Assembly: GCA_001179505.1 (NCBI GenBank)
Contig: CDMY01000221.1
Span: 62,001-126,000, forward strand
Reading direction: 5' to 3'
DNA: 64,000 nucleotides
From: Vitrella brassicaformis CCMP3155
Lineage: Eukaryota > Protista > Chromerida
Below the pieces are notes generated by a model. That model did no database searches and was not told where the DNA came from. It saw nothing but the letters and a program-made list of their open reading frames with translations. A program made the translations under genes and the position numbers. Positions 12,637 to 24,815 of the stretch are shown here, in pieces (the stretch's first letter is position 1; each line of letters starts with the position of its first letter).

Positions 12637-13862
12637 CTACCTGCTCTGCATAACGCCCTCCGTTCCCCCCTCCGCCTCCCTCTTCCTCTCCGGTCCATCC
12701 TCGACCGGGGGTGCTGCCTCAGCGGGCCCTGCTGCTTGGCCCATCGTCTCGCGCTCAGCCTTCTTGCCCTGCTTGGCTGCCGGCACGCCTGTCGGCTGCT
12801 GGGGGCTGTCGGCCTTCTCTCCCTCTCCCTCTCCCTCTCTGTCTTGCCCTTCTTGCAGCAGCAGCTCATCGAACACCTCGCGCATCCTCTGATGAATCGA
12901 ATCCATGAGTGAGTGGTGGGTGAATGGATATATGAACCATGCATGCCATGGACAGACAGAGAAGGAAGGCTGTGTGAAGGGACGGACGTTTGTGGGTGTC
13001 TGCGCTGTCTGCGTGTCTGTGTTGTGTTGTGTGTGCATCTCTCTCTCTCTGTATGATGTGACAGGCTGGCTGGCTGGCTGACCTTGACGCCTCTGAACTG
13101 CCCCCTGGCCTGGTCGTGTCGCTGTGTGGTGGACGTGATGAGCTCCTTCACCCACACATTGGGACTCTGGCCGGCATCGACGTGCCTGCAAAGCAATTCA
13201 TTCAAACACGCCGGCCAAGCCACCAACGACACACACAGAGATGACTCACACCGCACCCTCTGTAAGGTATAAAGCATGCGTTGCGTGACTCACTCACTGC
13301 AGGAAGCTTTGCGGCAGGAACATTGGCCTCGAGAGGTCCTCCCTCTCCGCCCACTCGTACATCGACCGCAGCCGGCTCGTGTACCGCTTCCTGACGCGGT
13401 GGGTGGCAGCCGCAGGGGCAGACACAACACACACACACAAGATGGCCCGTACCTGTGATGTTTTCTTATGGTTGGGTGTGCGTCAATGAGGGAGGGAGCC
13501 TACAGCATCTTATCGAGCCTCTTAGCGTTCCTCTCACGGTCTGTGCTCCAGTCCTCCAGCACGATGCTCATCTCAGACAACACACGGACAGCTGCACGCA
13601 CACACATCACATCCCACTCCCCCGACACAGATGCACATCCATCCAGGATAGGATGCGAACCTGAACCTGCAGATCTCTATCTGCTATCTGGGGTCTGGTC
13701 TTTCTTATTACCGTCTTGCAGATCTGGCACAAGCACCTTGATGGGAGTGGCTGGAGGGGATGGGACAGCTGCTGCAGCTGCTCCTGCTCCTGCTGCCGTC
13801 GATGCCGATGCGGCAGCTGCAAAGGCGGCGGCCTCGCCGCTTGCCCGCATCTCGGCTGCCAT
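12637..13862 (-). CDS. MED10: Probable Mediator complex subunit 10 (Nut2 family), divergent
   Basis: Spliced product: ...DAVRVLSEMSIVLEDWSTDRERNAKRLDKMLKRYTSRLRSMYEWAEREDLSRPMFLPQSFLQHVDAGQSPNVWVKELITSTTQRHDQARGQFRGVKRMREVFDELL. This fits Med10 (P.evl.yiD.GrNP.lytke......nq..kGk). All junction phases are consistent. Confidence 0.75.
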
Positions 13863-14022
13863 ATGAGCAACGAAAGAACGCGCCTCCCCTTCTCTCCACC
13901 CTCTGCCAACCAAGCAACCAACCAACCAACCAAGGAACGAACCCTCTCACCCACGAGCTCGCACTGGACGCTGAACTCGGATCTTTCCTCCTCCTCTCCT
14001 CCTCTTCCGTCCACCGTCCTCC

Positions 14023-15391
14023 ATGCAGCTCATGTGCACGATCTTCGCCCTCGGCGCCGGGCTTCTCATCCATCCGGGTCCGTGCACTGCAGCAAGTCAC
14101 ACGCGCCACCGATGCGATGTACCAAAGGAAGGAGACTGACACCCCTGGCAGCCCTGCATCGGTTTGTCTGTCTATGTCGACACACGTGTGTGTGAATGCA
14201 ATGCAGCCTGGGCCGGCCTGAGGAGGTCTTTGCAGGTGGGTGTTGGGGGTGAGGAAATGCCGCAGCACGAGGGCTATTCGTTCAAGGGAGCCGGCAACTG
14301 CATGACGCCCAATAAGACCATCGTCCATGGCACGTGGTACCCGATTGTGGGCCAAGAGGGCGAGCTGGTGCGTCGGTGGGGTGGGAGGGACGGAGGCAGG
14401 CAGATGCTGACTGGCTGGCATGGGATGAATGGATGGATGGATGTACGTTGGACACATGTGCTGTAGGTCCGCCTCGCAGAGAACTACGAGGAGCAGGAGG
14501 CCGGTATCATCAATGCGGAGATATGTGCGGGCATCTGCACCGACCTGGGCGAGCAGTGTGCCGCGTTCACCACGGGCATGAGAAGGTACCCACACACAGA
14601 CGTGCGAATGCCATCCATGGGTCCACATACATACATGTGTTTGCGCTGCGCTGCGTTGATTTGGGTTGGGTGCAGTGGTCGGTGTGGTCTGTTGGCGCCC
14701 AACAGCACGATGAATGAGACGCTATCGGGCAGCCTCACCGACAGAGAGGAGTGCTTTGCGCGACGCGCCGAGGGAGGTGAGATGAGACACGAGGGCGGTG
14801 GGTGGTGCGGGGGAGATGGGATGGATGTGGTCGTCTGGTGGCCGAATGTGTCTTCCTTCCTTTAGATTTTGAGAGTGTGGGGAAGGTAGAAAAACTGCAC
14901 ACACACTGAAAGGACACACACACACACAGAGGGGATGTCTTTATGTGCGTCATCTGGGCAAGGGCTACTGCCGCACTGAACTCGAGGATGGCACATTGGA
15001 AGCCGGGTGGGCACATGCAGTACAGATGGATGGCGTCCACACACGCACATGTACCTGGATGTCCGTGTGGATGGCATGTCATGGCATGCAGGCCTTACAT
15101 CACTCTCTTTGCCGAGGAGCTCGGCGCAGACACACTGGAGGACTGCATCGAGTAACCAGCAGCACCATCGACATGCTGACTGACACACATGCCATGCTCA
15201 CGCACCGCTTTCTCTCCTTGAATTCGGTGCATGTGTGGTTGCCCAGGGAGTGCGAGAGCCTCAATGGTCGCGTGAGCGACCCGTCCCCCCTGTGCACGGG
15301 CATCGAGCTGCGCGAGGCGTGTGAGCTGCAGCTGGCACCCATGACCCCCACCACCACCGAGGCCAACCTCTGCTACCAGAAGAATAGCTAA
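14023..15391 (+). CDS. Secreted protein with two six-Cys PAN/apple-like domains
   Basis: Signal peptide MQLMCTIFALGAGLLIHP|AWA, then RRSLQ. Domain 1: GAGNC...ICAGICTDLGEQCAAFTT...CGLL...ECF. Domain 2: GKGYC...DCIEECESL...CTGIE...CELQ...LCYQK*. Confidence 0.7.
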
Positions 15392-16277
15392 CCGAGTGGT
15401 GGTCGGATGGATGGCGCCGATCCCGTGTGCGTGCATTGGTGTGTGTGCGGATTTTGGCAGGCAGCCATGACCCCAGCTGTTTGTCTCCTTACGTATTGCT
15501 GGAGTGATGGATGCGTGTGTGTGTGTCATCGCAAAGAAGGAGGCTGGCTGCGTGTCGTTTATGTAGATGTTAACTAGTTAAGTGTTATGTGTTGCCTTGC
15601 TCGCGTGTGATCGCCTTTTTGAGCAGACCAGGTCGAGAAGGAGAAGAATCAGTCCAAGCATATCTAGCCATAGGTCAGGCCAGAAAAATGGTGTGCACGG
15701 CGTCGTAAGTACGGCTGACAGACCTCCTTTCAACACGGCCCTACTGCGACGGATGCCGCATGAAAGTGGGTGTGGGCGTGGGCCGTGTTTGGTGTTTTTG
15801 TGCGTCCATGGGCGAGTTTCTTGTCCTCCATCTGCGGGGCTGCGAGCATGTGTGTGTGCATACGTATGCATGAGTCCTGCATACGTTCATATATAACCTT
15901 CTGTCTGTCTGTCTGTGTCGGTGTGTGTCTGAGTGTTCATAAGTTGGTACGTGGCTTGTCGCACGTCCATCCATCCGTCCGTGGCCGTGGACGGACGGAA
16001 GGGACAGGACAGCCAGGGAGGGGACGGACGGGGAATGCGGACTAAGCATGTTTGAACGAATATGACCACACGACATTTGTGCCTATCCTGGCCGTGAGTG
16101 GGTGGCCTCGGTGGGACCATGAACTTGCGTCATAGCATGCCCCCGACAAGAGAGCGGCTGGCATCTGATGTCTTGGCTCAAGGGATGCTTTCCAAACGAA
16201 AGAACGTCCCCCGTCGTTCCGATCCTCCCCTGGGGGCGTCTCCGCTGTCTCGTGCTTGAGCGTAGGACCGGTCAATC

Positions 16278-17015
16278 ATGATGCTGGTTGCCGTCCTGAT
16301 CATCACCGCTGTCCTTCCACATGGTACTGCTCGGGAGCGCTCTTCTCGGGTCGACTGCACTGTCTTAATTTCGTGGGTGGGTGTGCATGTGTCATGGATC
16401 TTTTCAGCTGCAGGCCATTCGCTGTCCACGACCGACGTTACCGAGGCGGGCACCCTCGATAGTAGCCTCGGCAACCAGACATGTAGGCGTGCAGCCCGAG
16501 ACAGCCGCCAGAGAATGCCAAGAGAATGGCATCCGTATGGCATCGATTGCAGGTCCCCTCCAACCCACGTCAACTTCGCACACTGCCGAAAGATACGCCT
16601 GTCCTCCTAAGCCAAAAGGTAGGGAGACAGAGGCAAGAAGAGATGCCACGACATGACAATTGCGACATGATGCATTCATTGTTTGTCCGTCTGTGCGTCT
16701 ACAGGCTGTGAGATGAACGCCGGACGGAACGGTTGTGCGCATTCCTCCCCCGCTTACCAAGATTGCATCACGTCCGTCACTCTGGCAGAGGCCGTCCGCG
16801 GTGCTGACGACAGCTTGCGCCTCCTCCGCGACGTCTGGGCAGCGAAAAAGGAACGGTTCCCGTGCAAGGACAGCAGCCTTAAGAAGCTCGCTTCCGAAGC
16901 GGCAGCACTGATGACGGGACAAGGATGCCCTACGATCCTCCATGGCTCTCCTCCTCCGAAGAAGTTTGCCATGGATGCCATCCGGGGCACTGGCCTTTTC
17001 GAGAGTACGCGTTGA
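16278..17015 (+). CDS. Small predicted secreted hypothetical protein (3 exons)
   Basis: MMLVAVLIITAVLPHGTA leader; exons 2 and 3 join in phase (PKPK G|CEMNAGRNGCAHSSPAYQDC...). The first donor site is weak and there is no recognisable family. Confidence 0.45.
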
Positions 17016-17545
17016 ATGCAGAGACATGCATTGATACACTGTGTCCCTTCGTCCCCCTCTTTCTCTCTCAGAGTGCCAGTGCTGCAACGATGCTCAGAAA
17101 GGCAAGGAGCTTTAGCTGACGAGACAGACCCTTGTTCAAAGGAAGCCACAATGCATGCCCAAGGAGAGAGAGGGAGAGGGGGAGAGAGAGAGAGAGAGAG
17201 AGGGAGATGGAGAGAGACATGAGACAAGCACCCGCCCACGACAGACGACTGACAGACGCTGAACGGACAGCTCCGCCGCCCGCCTATTTTGATTCCATCA
17301 CTTCCATCCATTCACGCGACTTCCTCCCCCCCTGAGGAGTTTGGATGTCTGATCGAGCGGTTTTCTTTTGAGTGAACTGAGAGAGATCAGGGGCTTGTAT
17401 CGGTCTGCAGTCTGACGGCTGCATCCCTCACTCCACCTCACAAGAGCGCCACTTGAGTGTCCCACCCTCGGTAGCCCACACTCCATCCCTACAACTTGCG
17501 TGTGGACCACACCTATTTTCTTTTGACCATGAACCGCAAAAGCTG

Positions 17546-20500
17546 CTACTCTTCTTGCTCCTCCTCCTCCTCTTGTTGGCCTCCATCGTCGTCGTCATCC
17601 TTCTCCGCACGCCGCTTGCGGCCACGGCCACGACCACGACCTGCACACACGACCACACCACCCAAGCATTCACTCACTGACTCACTTACTTACGAATCGA
17701 CGGCTGCCTGCCTGGCTGCCTGCAGACACATGCATGCGCACCGCACCTGCCTGGTGTGGCGGGGCGGCACCCTCCTGCCTCTGCACGATACGCGTCACCT
17801 CAGACACACCGTGCACACTACGCACCCTGCACACACAGCACAAAGGTACACACGCCCGCATACATAAGTGTGCCGTGCCTGCCCACCGAGCTGCCTGCCG
17901 ACCTGAAGAGTATGTTGGCGTGTCTGTGCATGCCCTCCTTGAGCGAGACCAGGATGAACTGGGAGTCGGGGAAGTGCTGCCGAATCATGGCGCCCATGTT
18001 GCTCGTGTGGTTGGGGTCAAGCGCCGCATCCACCTCGTCCAGCAGGAACAGCGGACCCGGCTGTCAGTCAAGGAGACAGACACGCAGGCAGCACACAAAG
18101 AAAGTATGTGTCTCGTCTCTTTCCCTTCCACGGCATCCACTGCAGGCAGGGCCCACCTTATTTACCTTGTATTTGTTGATGGCGAGGAGTAGGGCGAGTG
18201 CGACGAGCGACTTCTGGCCGCCCGAGAGTGAGCTGAGGCTGTCCTTCCACACACGGTCGACGCACACCTTCATCTCCAGGCCCGTCTTGAGGAAATCCTT
18301 CGCACGATGGCCTTCGGGCACTGCCAGACGCGCACTCGCACCCGGCAGCATCGTGCCGAAGATCTTGCCGAAGTTGTCGTTCACCTGAATGCATCAATGA
18401 ATGAATGAAGGCACCACACACACACACACATACACACACAGGCAAGCGCACAGCAGGCAGGCAGGCAGGCAGGAAGGCATGGATGTTTGTTTGCCCAAGA
18501 GGTGTGTGTGGTACATACTATTTTCCAGCATGAGTTGAGTTCGTCGATTCGTTTCTGGTCGTATTTCTTGATGTCCTTCTCGAGGTCCTCCTTCTCGCGC
18601 TCCACGATGCCGCGCTTCGTCTTCCACTCCTGCCAGCCCGGACGCACACACACACACATACACACACACACACACAGAGAGAGAGAGAGGGAGAGAGAGA
18701 GGGGGGGACGAGGAGAGGAGGGTTTGTCGTTGGGCTGGTCTGTGCGTGTGTGGCCTGCACTGCACTGCATGCCTCTATCTTCGCGTTGAGTGCCTCCCAT
18801 TTGGTGTATGCCTCCTTGTTGACGCGTGGCTCCAGCCGCTCGTAGTCCTGCCGCATCTTCTCGTACCGACCTCGCTCGACTGAGTTGACGAGTCACGTCA
18901 TACACATACAGACCGTTTGGCTGGTGCTCACGCCATTGTTCGTTCACGCGTACCGTTGGCAGTGGTTCCTCTGAAGTCGTAGTCGCCGCCCTCCTTGTTG
19001 AGCTCGGGCTCCAGCGCCACTGTGTCAGGCATCCTGGCACGGTACTTGCGCACCTCCTACACACATACAGGCGCCCACACGTGTGTGTCTGTGCGTGGCG
19101 TATAAAAGGCCCACCGCGTCCGCGTGTGCGACCTCCTTCTTCTTGGTCTCGTATTGGTTGTTCTTCTGGACACATACACACACACACACACACACACCCC
19201 GACGAGACACCCACCACAATGGCGAGTTGGGGGCGGGGTGATGTGGGTGCATACCCTAGCTTTGGCTAATTCAGTGTTGTGCTTTTGCTTCTCGAGCTCC
19301 CTCTCGTCCTGCTGCAGCTGATTCAACGCCTCGTCCAGTTGCTGAAGGGGGCATCGACCACACACGTTCAGCAAGTTGCCTGATGTGTGTTGTGTGCCGT
19401 CTGCTGACCGACCGATAGGTTCTTCTTGCTTTCCTCCACTTTCTTGAGCACCTCGTCCTTCCACCGGACCTATCACACACACAGACAGGTGTGTATGGGT
19501 GTCTGTGTGTGGTGGTGGTGGTGGTGGTGGCTGATGGGTGTGTGTCTTCTCACGGCGTCTTGGTACTGCTGTTCCTTCTCGGCGAAGTGCTCCTGACACT
19601 TGGCTAGCTGAGCCTCGGCCGCCTGCACGTCAGACACAATAAATACACCACAGACAATGCAGACAGGTGTGCCGGTCGCATCGCATATATGTGTGTAGGT
19701 ATATGTGGACGTGTAGAGTGGGTGACCTCACTTACCTTAAGGTCTTCCTCCTTCTCTGTAATGTTCTGCCGCATCGCCTGCAGCTCTACGCCAACCCTAT
19801 TGTGACGCTGAACACACGCACCGCACAAGACAGACACACAGATGCCTCTCTGCGTCACTCCCCTTCCCTGTAGGCATACACACACCTCTTGGAGTTCATT
19901 GTGTTCGTTGTCGGCCTTTTCAGCGTCTTCTTTGGCCTGACGGCACATCTGCTCGACCTCCTGCTCCATCTGCCCCTTGTTGTTCTGGAAGTTGGCCAGC
20001 GACGCCTCAAGCTCCTGTATGGCCTCGTCGGTCTTGCCGGCCTCTGACGTCAACTCGACCGACGACGCCTTCAGCTCATCCAACTGAGACAACGAGACGG
20101 CATGAGAATACAGAAAGAGAGAGCGGGGGAGAAGAGTGTTGGGGTTGCTGGCTGACTTTGGTTTTGGCTTGTTCTATTTCGTCCTTCTTGGCGCCGATCT
20201 CGTCCTGGTTGATGCGCTCCTGACTCGCAGACACACAGAGACACAAGGAACGCAGAGATGAAGCGGTCTCATTACTGTCTCCCAGTGTTGTGTGTTGTGT
20301 GTTCTGTGTGGGGTCTGTGTGTGTGCCTGGATGCGGTTAAGCCTCCGCTGCTCGTAGTCGAGTTTCTTCGAGTACTCCTGCCACACACATGCAAGCCGAT
20401 GGTGAGCTGTGCGTGTCTCATGCCGTCTCGAGTACATACGTCGTGGTCCTTCTTGGTCTGGGCTTGGGCGTCGAACCAATCCTTGAGCTCCCTTAATCCA

Positions 20501-22347
20501 TACACACACACACACACACACACGATAGCCGGTGTGCGTGTAAGTTCCGATTGAGTACTTGGCGCGCTCCTCCAGCTTGGTCAACCTCTCGCGGAGGGAC
20601 GCCAGGGCCTGAACCATAACATATACGCGCACACCTTTGCAGATCGCCCCCCTTTTTTCTTTCGTACCTTGAATTTCTCGAGTAGCTGCAGATTCTTGCT
20701 GGAGCCGCCACCAATCGCACCTGACACCCCACACAGGGCCCACACAGAGAGAGAGAGAGGCAGCTGGTGGATGCTGCAGGTCACCGTGGATGCCACGCGT
20801 GGTTCCCTCCGCCCCCGCCTGACCTGATGGGTCGTACACGTCTCCGTTTTGTGTGATGATGCGTGTGCGCGCGGACGGGTGTGCGTAGACCTTGCCGGCG
20901 GTGACTTTGGACTCACACAGCAGCAGCCGACCGAACACGAAACGCATCGCCTTGGCCACCTCAGGCGGATACCTACACAACACGCCCATGTGTCATATTG
21001 TGTAATATTGTGTATGTTGTATGTGGATATAATACTCACTCTACGACGTCAATGCCCTTGAGTATGGTGTCGCCCTCTCCCTCTGCGTCGCTAACGCGCT
21101 GGGCCGCCTCGACGGTCTAAACACAACCGACCACCACGTGTGTTTGCTGGTCGATGTTATTCATTGTGAGGTCCTGGTCCTCACACACAAGAAACTGACG
21201 TACCTCGTTGGCCACCACTTTGTCTTGCAGTCTGTTGAGGGGCAGACACGTCACGCGGTCCTGCTCAAACGCCTTCTTGTCCAGCAGCTCAGTGGCTGCC
21301 GCACACCAACACGGACCGACACACATGTGACACCACGCACCCACCGTACACACACCGTGGTGCGTCGGTCTGCCCACCGTCTTTCTCCGTCTCGACAATG
21401 ACGTTGAACAGCTTGGCCAAAGACGCCACCTGCACACACACGGGCACAGCACACTTGTGGCTTTCACCAGTGTCATGACCCCGTGTCATGAGTCTTTGTG
21501 ACCTCGATGGCTTTGGAGTAGTTGTCCATGTCAGGCTTGAGGTGCACGAGCTCACCCACCGCACCCTTGACGTGCTGGGGGTCCAGGTCGGGCACCTTCT
21601 CGCGGTTGTACGTGCAGCGACCCAACAAACGAGACTGACCAAGGAAGGGGACGGGAGGGGAGGGAAGGGAACAGCACGTCATGTTGTCTCATCCGCTTCG
21701 TTGTGAGTGTGCTGTTGTTACGCGAAGTGTGTCCTCGTCATGACGCAGGGGGGGCAGCTCCTGCGGACAGACACATGCAAACGGTGCTCTTCTGCCTCCC
21801 TCTCTGTCTGTCTGTCTGTCTGTCTGTGTGTGTGTATGTGGTGGCGCCACCTCTTTGTGTATTCGGTCGTATTCGTCTTGTCTGGCCTTCCATGCGTATG
21901 CGTCGAAGTCGAGTGCGTTGAGTTTGTCCTGCCACTTGCGGATGTTGACCTCACACTCGGACTTCTCCCGACACAACGCATTGTACGCCTGACAAACAAA
22001 GACACACCCACACCGACACACGAATGTTCAAATGGATCTGGGAGGTGCGTTGGCTGGCCATGTGCTCACTTTGAGTTTTGGGTCGTTTGCGTCGATGTCG
22101 TCAGCCTTCTCGAGCTTCTCCTCCAAATGCCTGATGGACGGGCGACAAGCAGATGAGTTCGTCTGCATGGGTGCTTGCCTGCTGGGTGTCGCTCGCGCCC
22201 TCCCTCACTTTGTTTCCCTGGCGCATTGTTTGAGTTTTGTGTCTATTTCGGCTCTCTTCTGCTTGGCGGCGGCGAGTCGCTCGCGCACCGACTGGCCCTC
22301 CTGCTCGTCGCCCTCGTCAGCCACAAACACCTCACGCCCTGCACACA

Positions 22348-22383
<36 letters not shown>

Positions 22384-24681
22384 CACATGAAGGTGGATGG
22401 ATGCCACGCGTGCGTGAGAGGGTAGGTGGATGTGTGGTTGTTTGCCTGCTCGTATGTCGTGCAGTTTGCGATTGAGTTTGTCCTGCTTCTTCTCGAGCTG
22501 ATCCTTGGCCTCCAACAACGACTGACGAGAGTTGAATAAATAGATGGATGGATGGATGGATGAGTGAATGGATGGGTAATTGAGTGGCAGGCTGACCTGG
22601 AGCTGTGTCTGTAGTTGTTTGTGTTCGTTGTCCTTTTTGTTGACGTCCTTCTCATGGCCCTTGAGCTTCTTCTGCTGACTTGACACCTCCTTCTCAGCCT
22701 CTACCTACTCACATACACACACACACACATCCACATGCACACACACAATGCACCATTACATCCTCCCGTGTTTTCCACTGACTGACCACGTCCTTCTTGG
22801 CGTTGTCGAGTTTGGTCTGCGCCCCCTCCATCTCCTGCACACACACACACACACACGAAGGCACGCACACAGACACATGAGGGCAGTGAATCGGCGGTCG
22901 GCATGTATAGATTCTTGCGTCGTACGGTGGTTCTCTTGGAGAGCAGCTCCTGCAGCCGCGTGAACTCGGCGTCCTCATTACGCTGCACGATCCCATAGAG
23001 GTACACAGGCACGCGTGCGTGAATGGCCTTTGTGCTTGCCGCCGTTTGTGTCGGTAACATACGGCCTTCATGCGTTTGTCGAACTCCTTCTTCTTGTCGG
23101 CCAACTCCTTCTGAAGCGACTCCATCTGAGCAGCGGAGAGATGAATGGATGGATGGATGGATATACACCACCCAACACATACATGGCCTCCACCGACCCA
23201 CACACCCATTTACCTGTGCGTCGAGCTCCTCCCTCTCCTTCACCAATTGGGCTGCACGCACACACATATGTGGAGATGCCGTGAAGAGAAAGTGTGTGTG
23301 TGTGTGTGTGGATTGCGTGGCTGACCGAGTTGCTGCTGTCCGCTCTTCTGCACGGTGAGGTGTTCGTAGTAGGTGATGGCGTTGACGAACCGCTGCTGCT
23401 GGTGGATGGTGCTGCGGATCTTCTCAAACTGCAAGTACTCCACCCTGATTGACCCATCCACACACACACACACACACACACAGACAGTGCGCACGTACTT
23501 GAATGTGTGTGTGCTCTCTGCGTACCTCTCCTTGTTGAGGCGGTCTCGCTCTGGTATGAACTCCTGCTCCAGCTTGTCGTCCACACGCGCCAGCTGCACT
23601 CACACACACACACAGAAGCAGACGATGCTCACACAAACAGACACCCTTCACTTGTTGAGGCGTGTGTAGCGGCTGGGGGACCGGCGGCAGGTCGCTGACC
23701 TCTTTTTCCTTGGCTTCGATTTTCTTTTTGGTGGTGTCCCTCTTGTTCTGGTACGTCTTGGTGCCCGCCGCCTCCTCGAGCATCTCCAGGAAGCGGTGCG
23801 GCCGGAACCCGATCGTCTGGGTGATCTTGCCCTGAATCATGCATGGTGCATGACGGACGAAGGACACACACACACACACAGAGAGAACGCGTCGGTCGGT
23901 ACGTGTGTGTTGGGTGTGGATCTGTTGTGTTGTGTTGGTTGGTTGAAGGTATCGTGCCTGTTGAATGAGGAAATACGGGTATTGTATGCTGAGCCCGGCG
24001 GCGGCGAAGAAGTCGTGGTAGGCCTTCTCCTTGACCACAGACCCGTTGATGAACCACTTGCGCTGACTCCCTTGCAGCTGATAAGACGGATGGACGGACG
24101 GACGGATGGATGGATGGATAGCAACACACACGGTCAGTGAGGCTGCTGTCCATACGAGCCTGTGTGTGTGTATGTGTGTTGCTCACGAGTCGCGTGCAGG
24201 TGATTTTGGGTTGCTGTCTGTATGGGTTTGTGACGGGCAGCGGACACCTTTCCTCGTCCTCATTGTTGAACACCAACGTCACCTGCATACAGACAGACAC
24301 ACAGACGGATGCGTTGATGACCATCCATCCACCCGTGCCCCTCGCTCGGCTCTGGTCAGCCACCTCGGCTTTGGTGATGCCCTGCTGGCCCTTGAGGTAT
24401 ATCAGCTCAGCCATGTCCTTGGCACGCATCTACAGCCAGCCAGCCACACAACACACAGCACAGTTTCGTTCGGCACCAATCGCTGTCCTCCTTCCTCTCC
24501 TTGGATGTCTGACGAGTTCGGGTTTATTGAGTCCGAGTGCGAATGAGGTGGCGTCGAGTATGTTGGACTTGCCGCTGCCGTTCTGGCCCGTGATGGCGTT
24601 GAACTGCGGATGCAGCCCGCAGATCTCAGTGCGGCCGCCATAAGACTTGAAGCCCTCCAAGATGATCCGCTCGATGTGCAT
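17546..24681 (-). CDS. SMC2: Structural maintenance of chromosomes protein 2 (condensin core subunit), many exons
   Basis: [16 protein letters not shown]...[17 protein letters not shown] (Walker A); YFLIQQGKI (Q-loop); coiled coils and hinge; [16 protein letters not shown]; [42 protein letters not shown], the SMC2-type C-terminus. Confidence 0.96.
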
Positions 24682-24815
24682 CGTCTGGGATGAATGCGAT
24701 CACGCAACAAGAGCGCCGGACGCTCAAAGGGGGAGCGAAGGGAATGTAAACGGCGTGGCGATTCTGCGAGCTTGGTGGATGGGAGGCAGAGCAAGAGACG
24801 GCTGCAACGAGCAAG

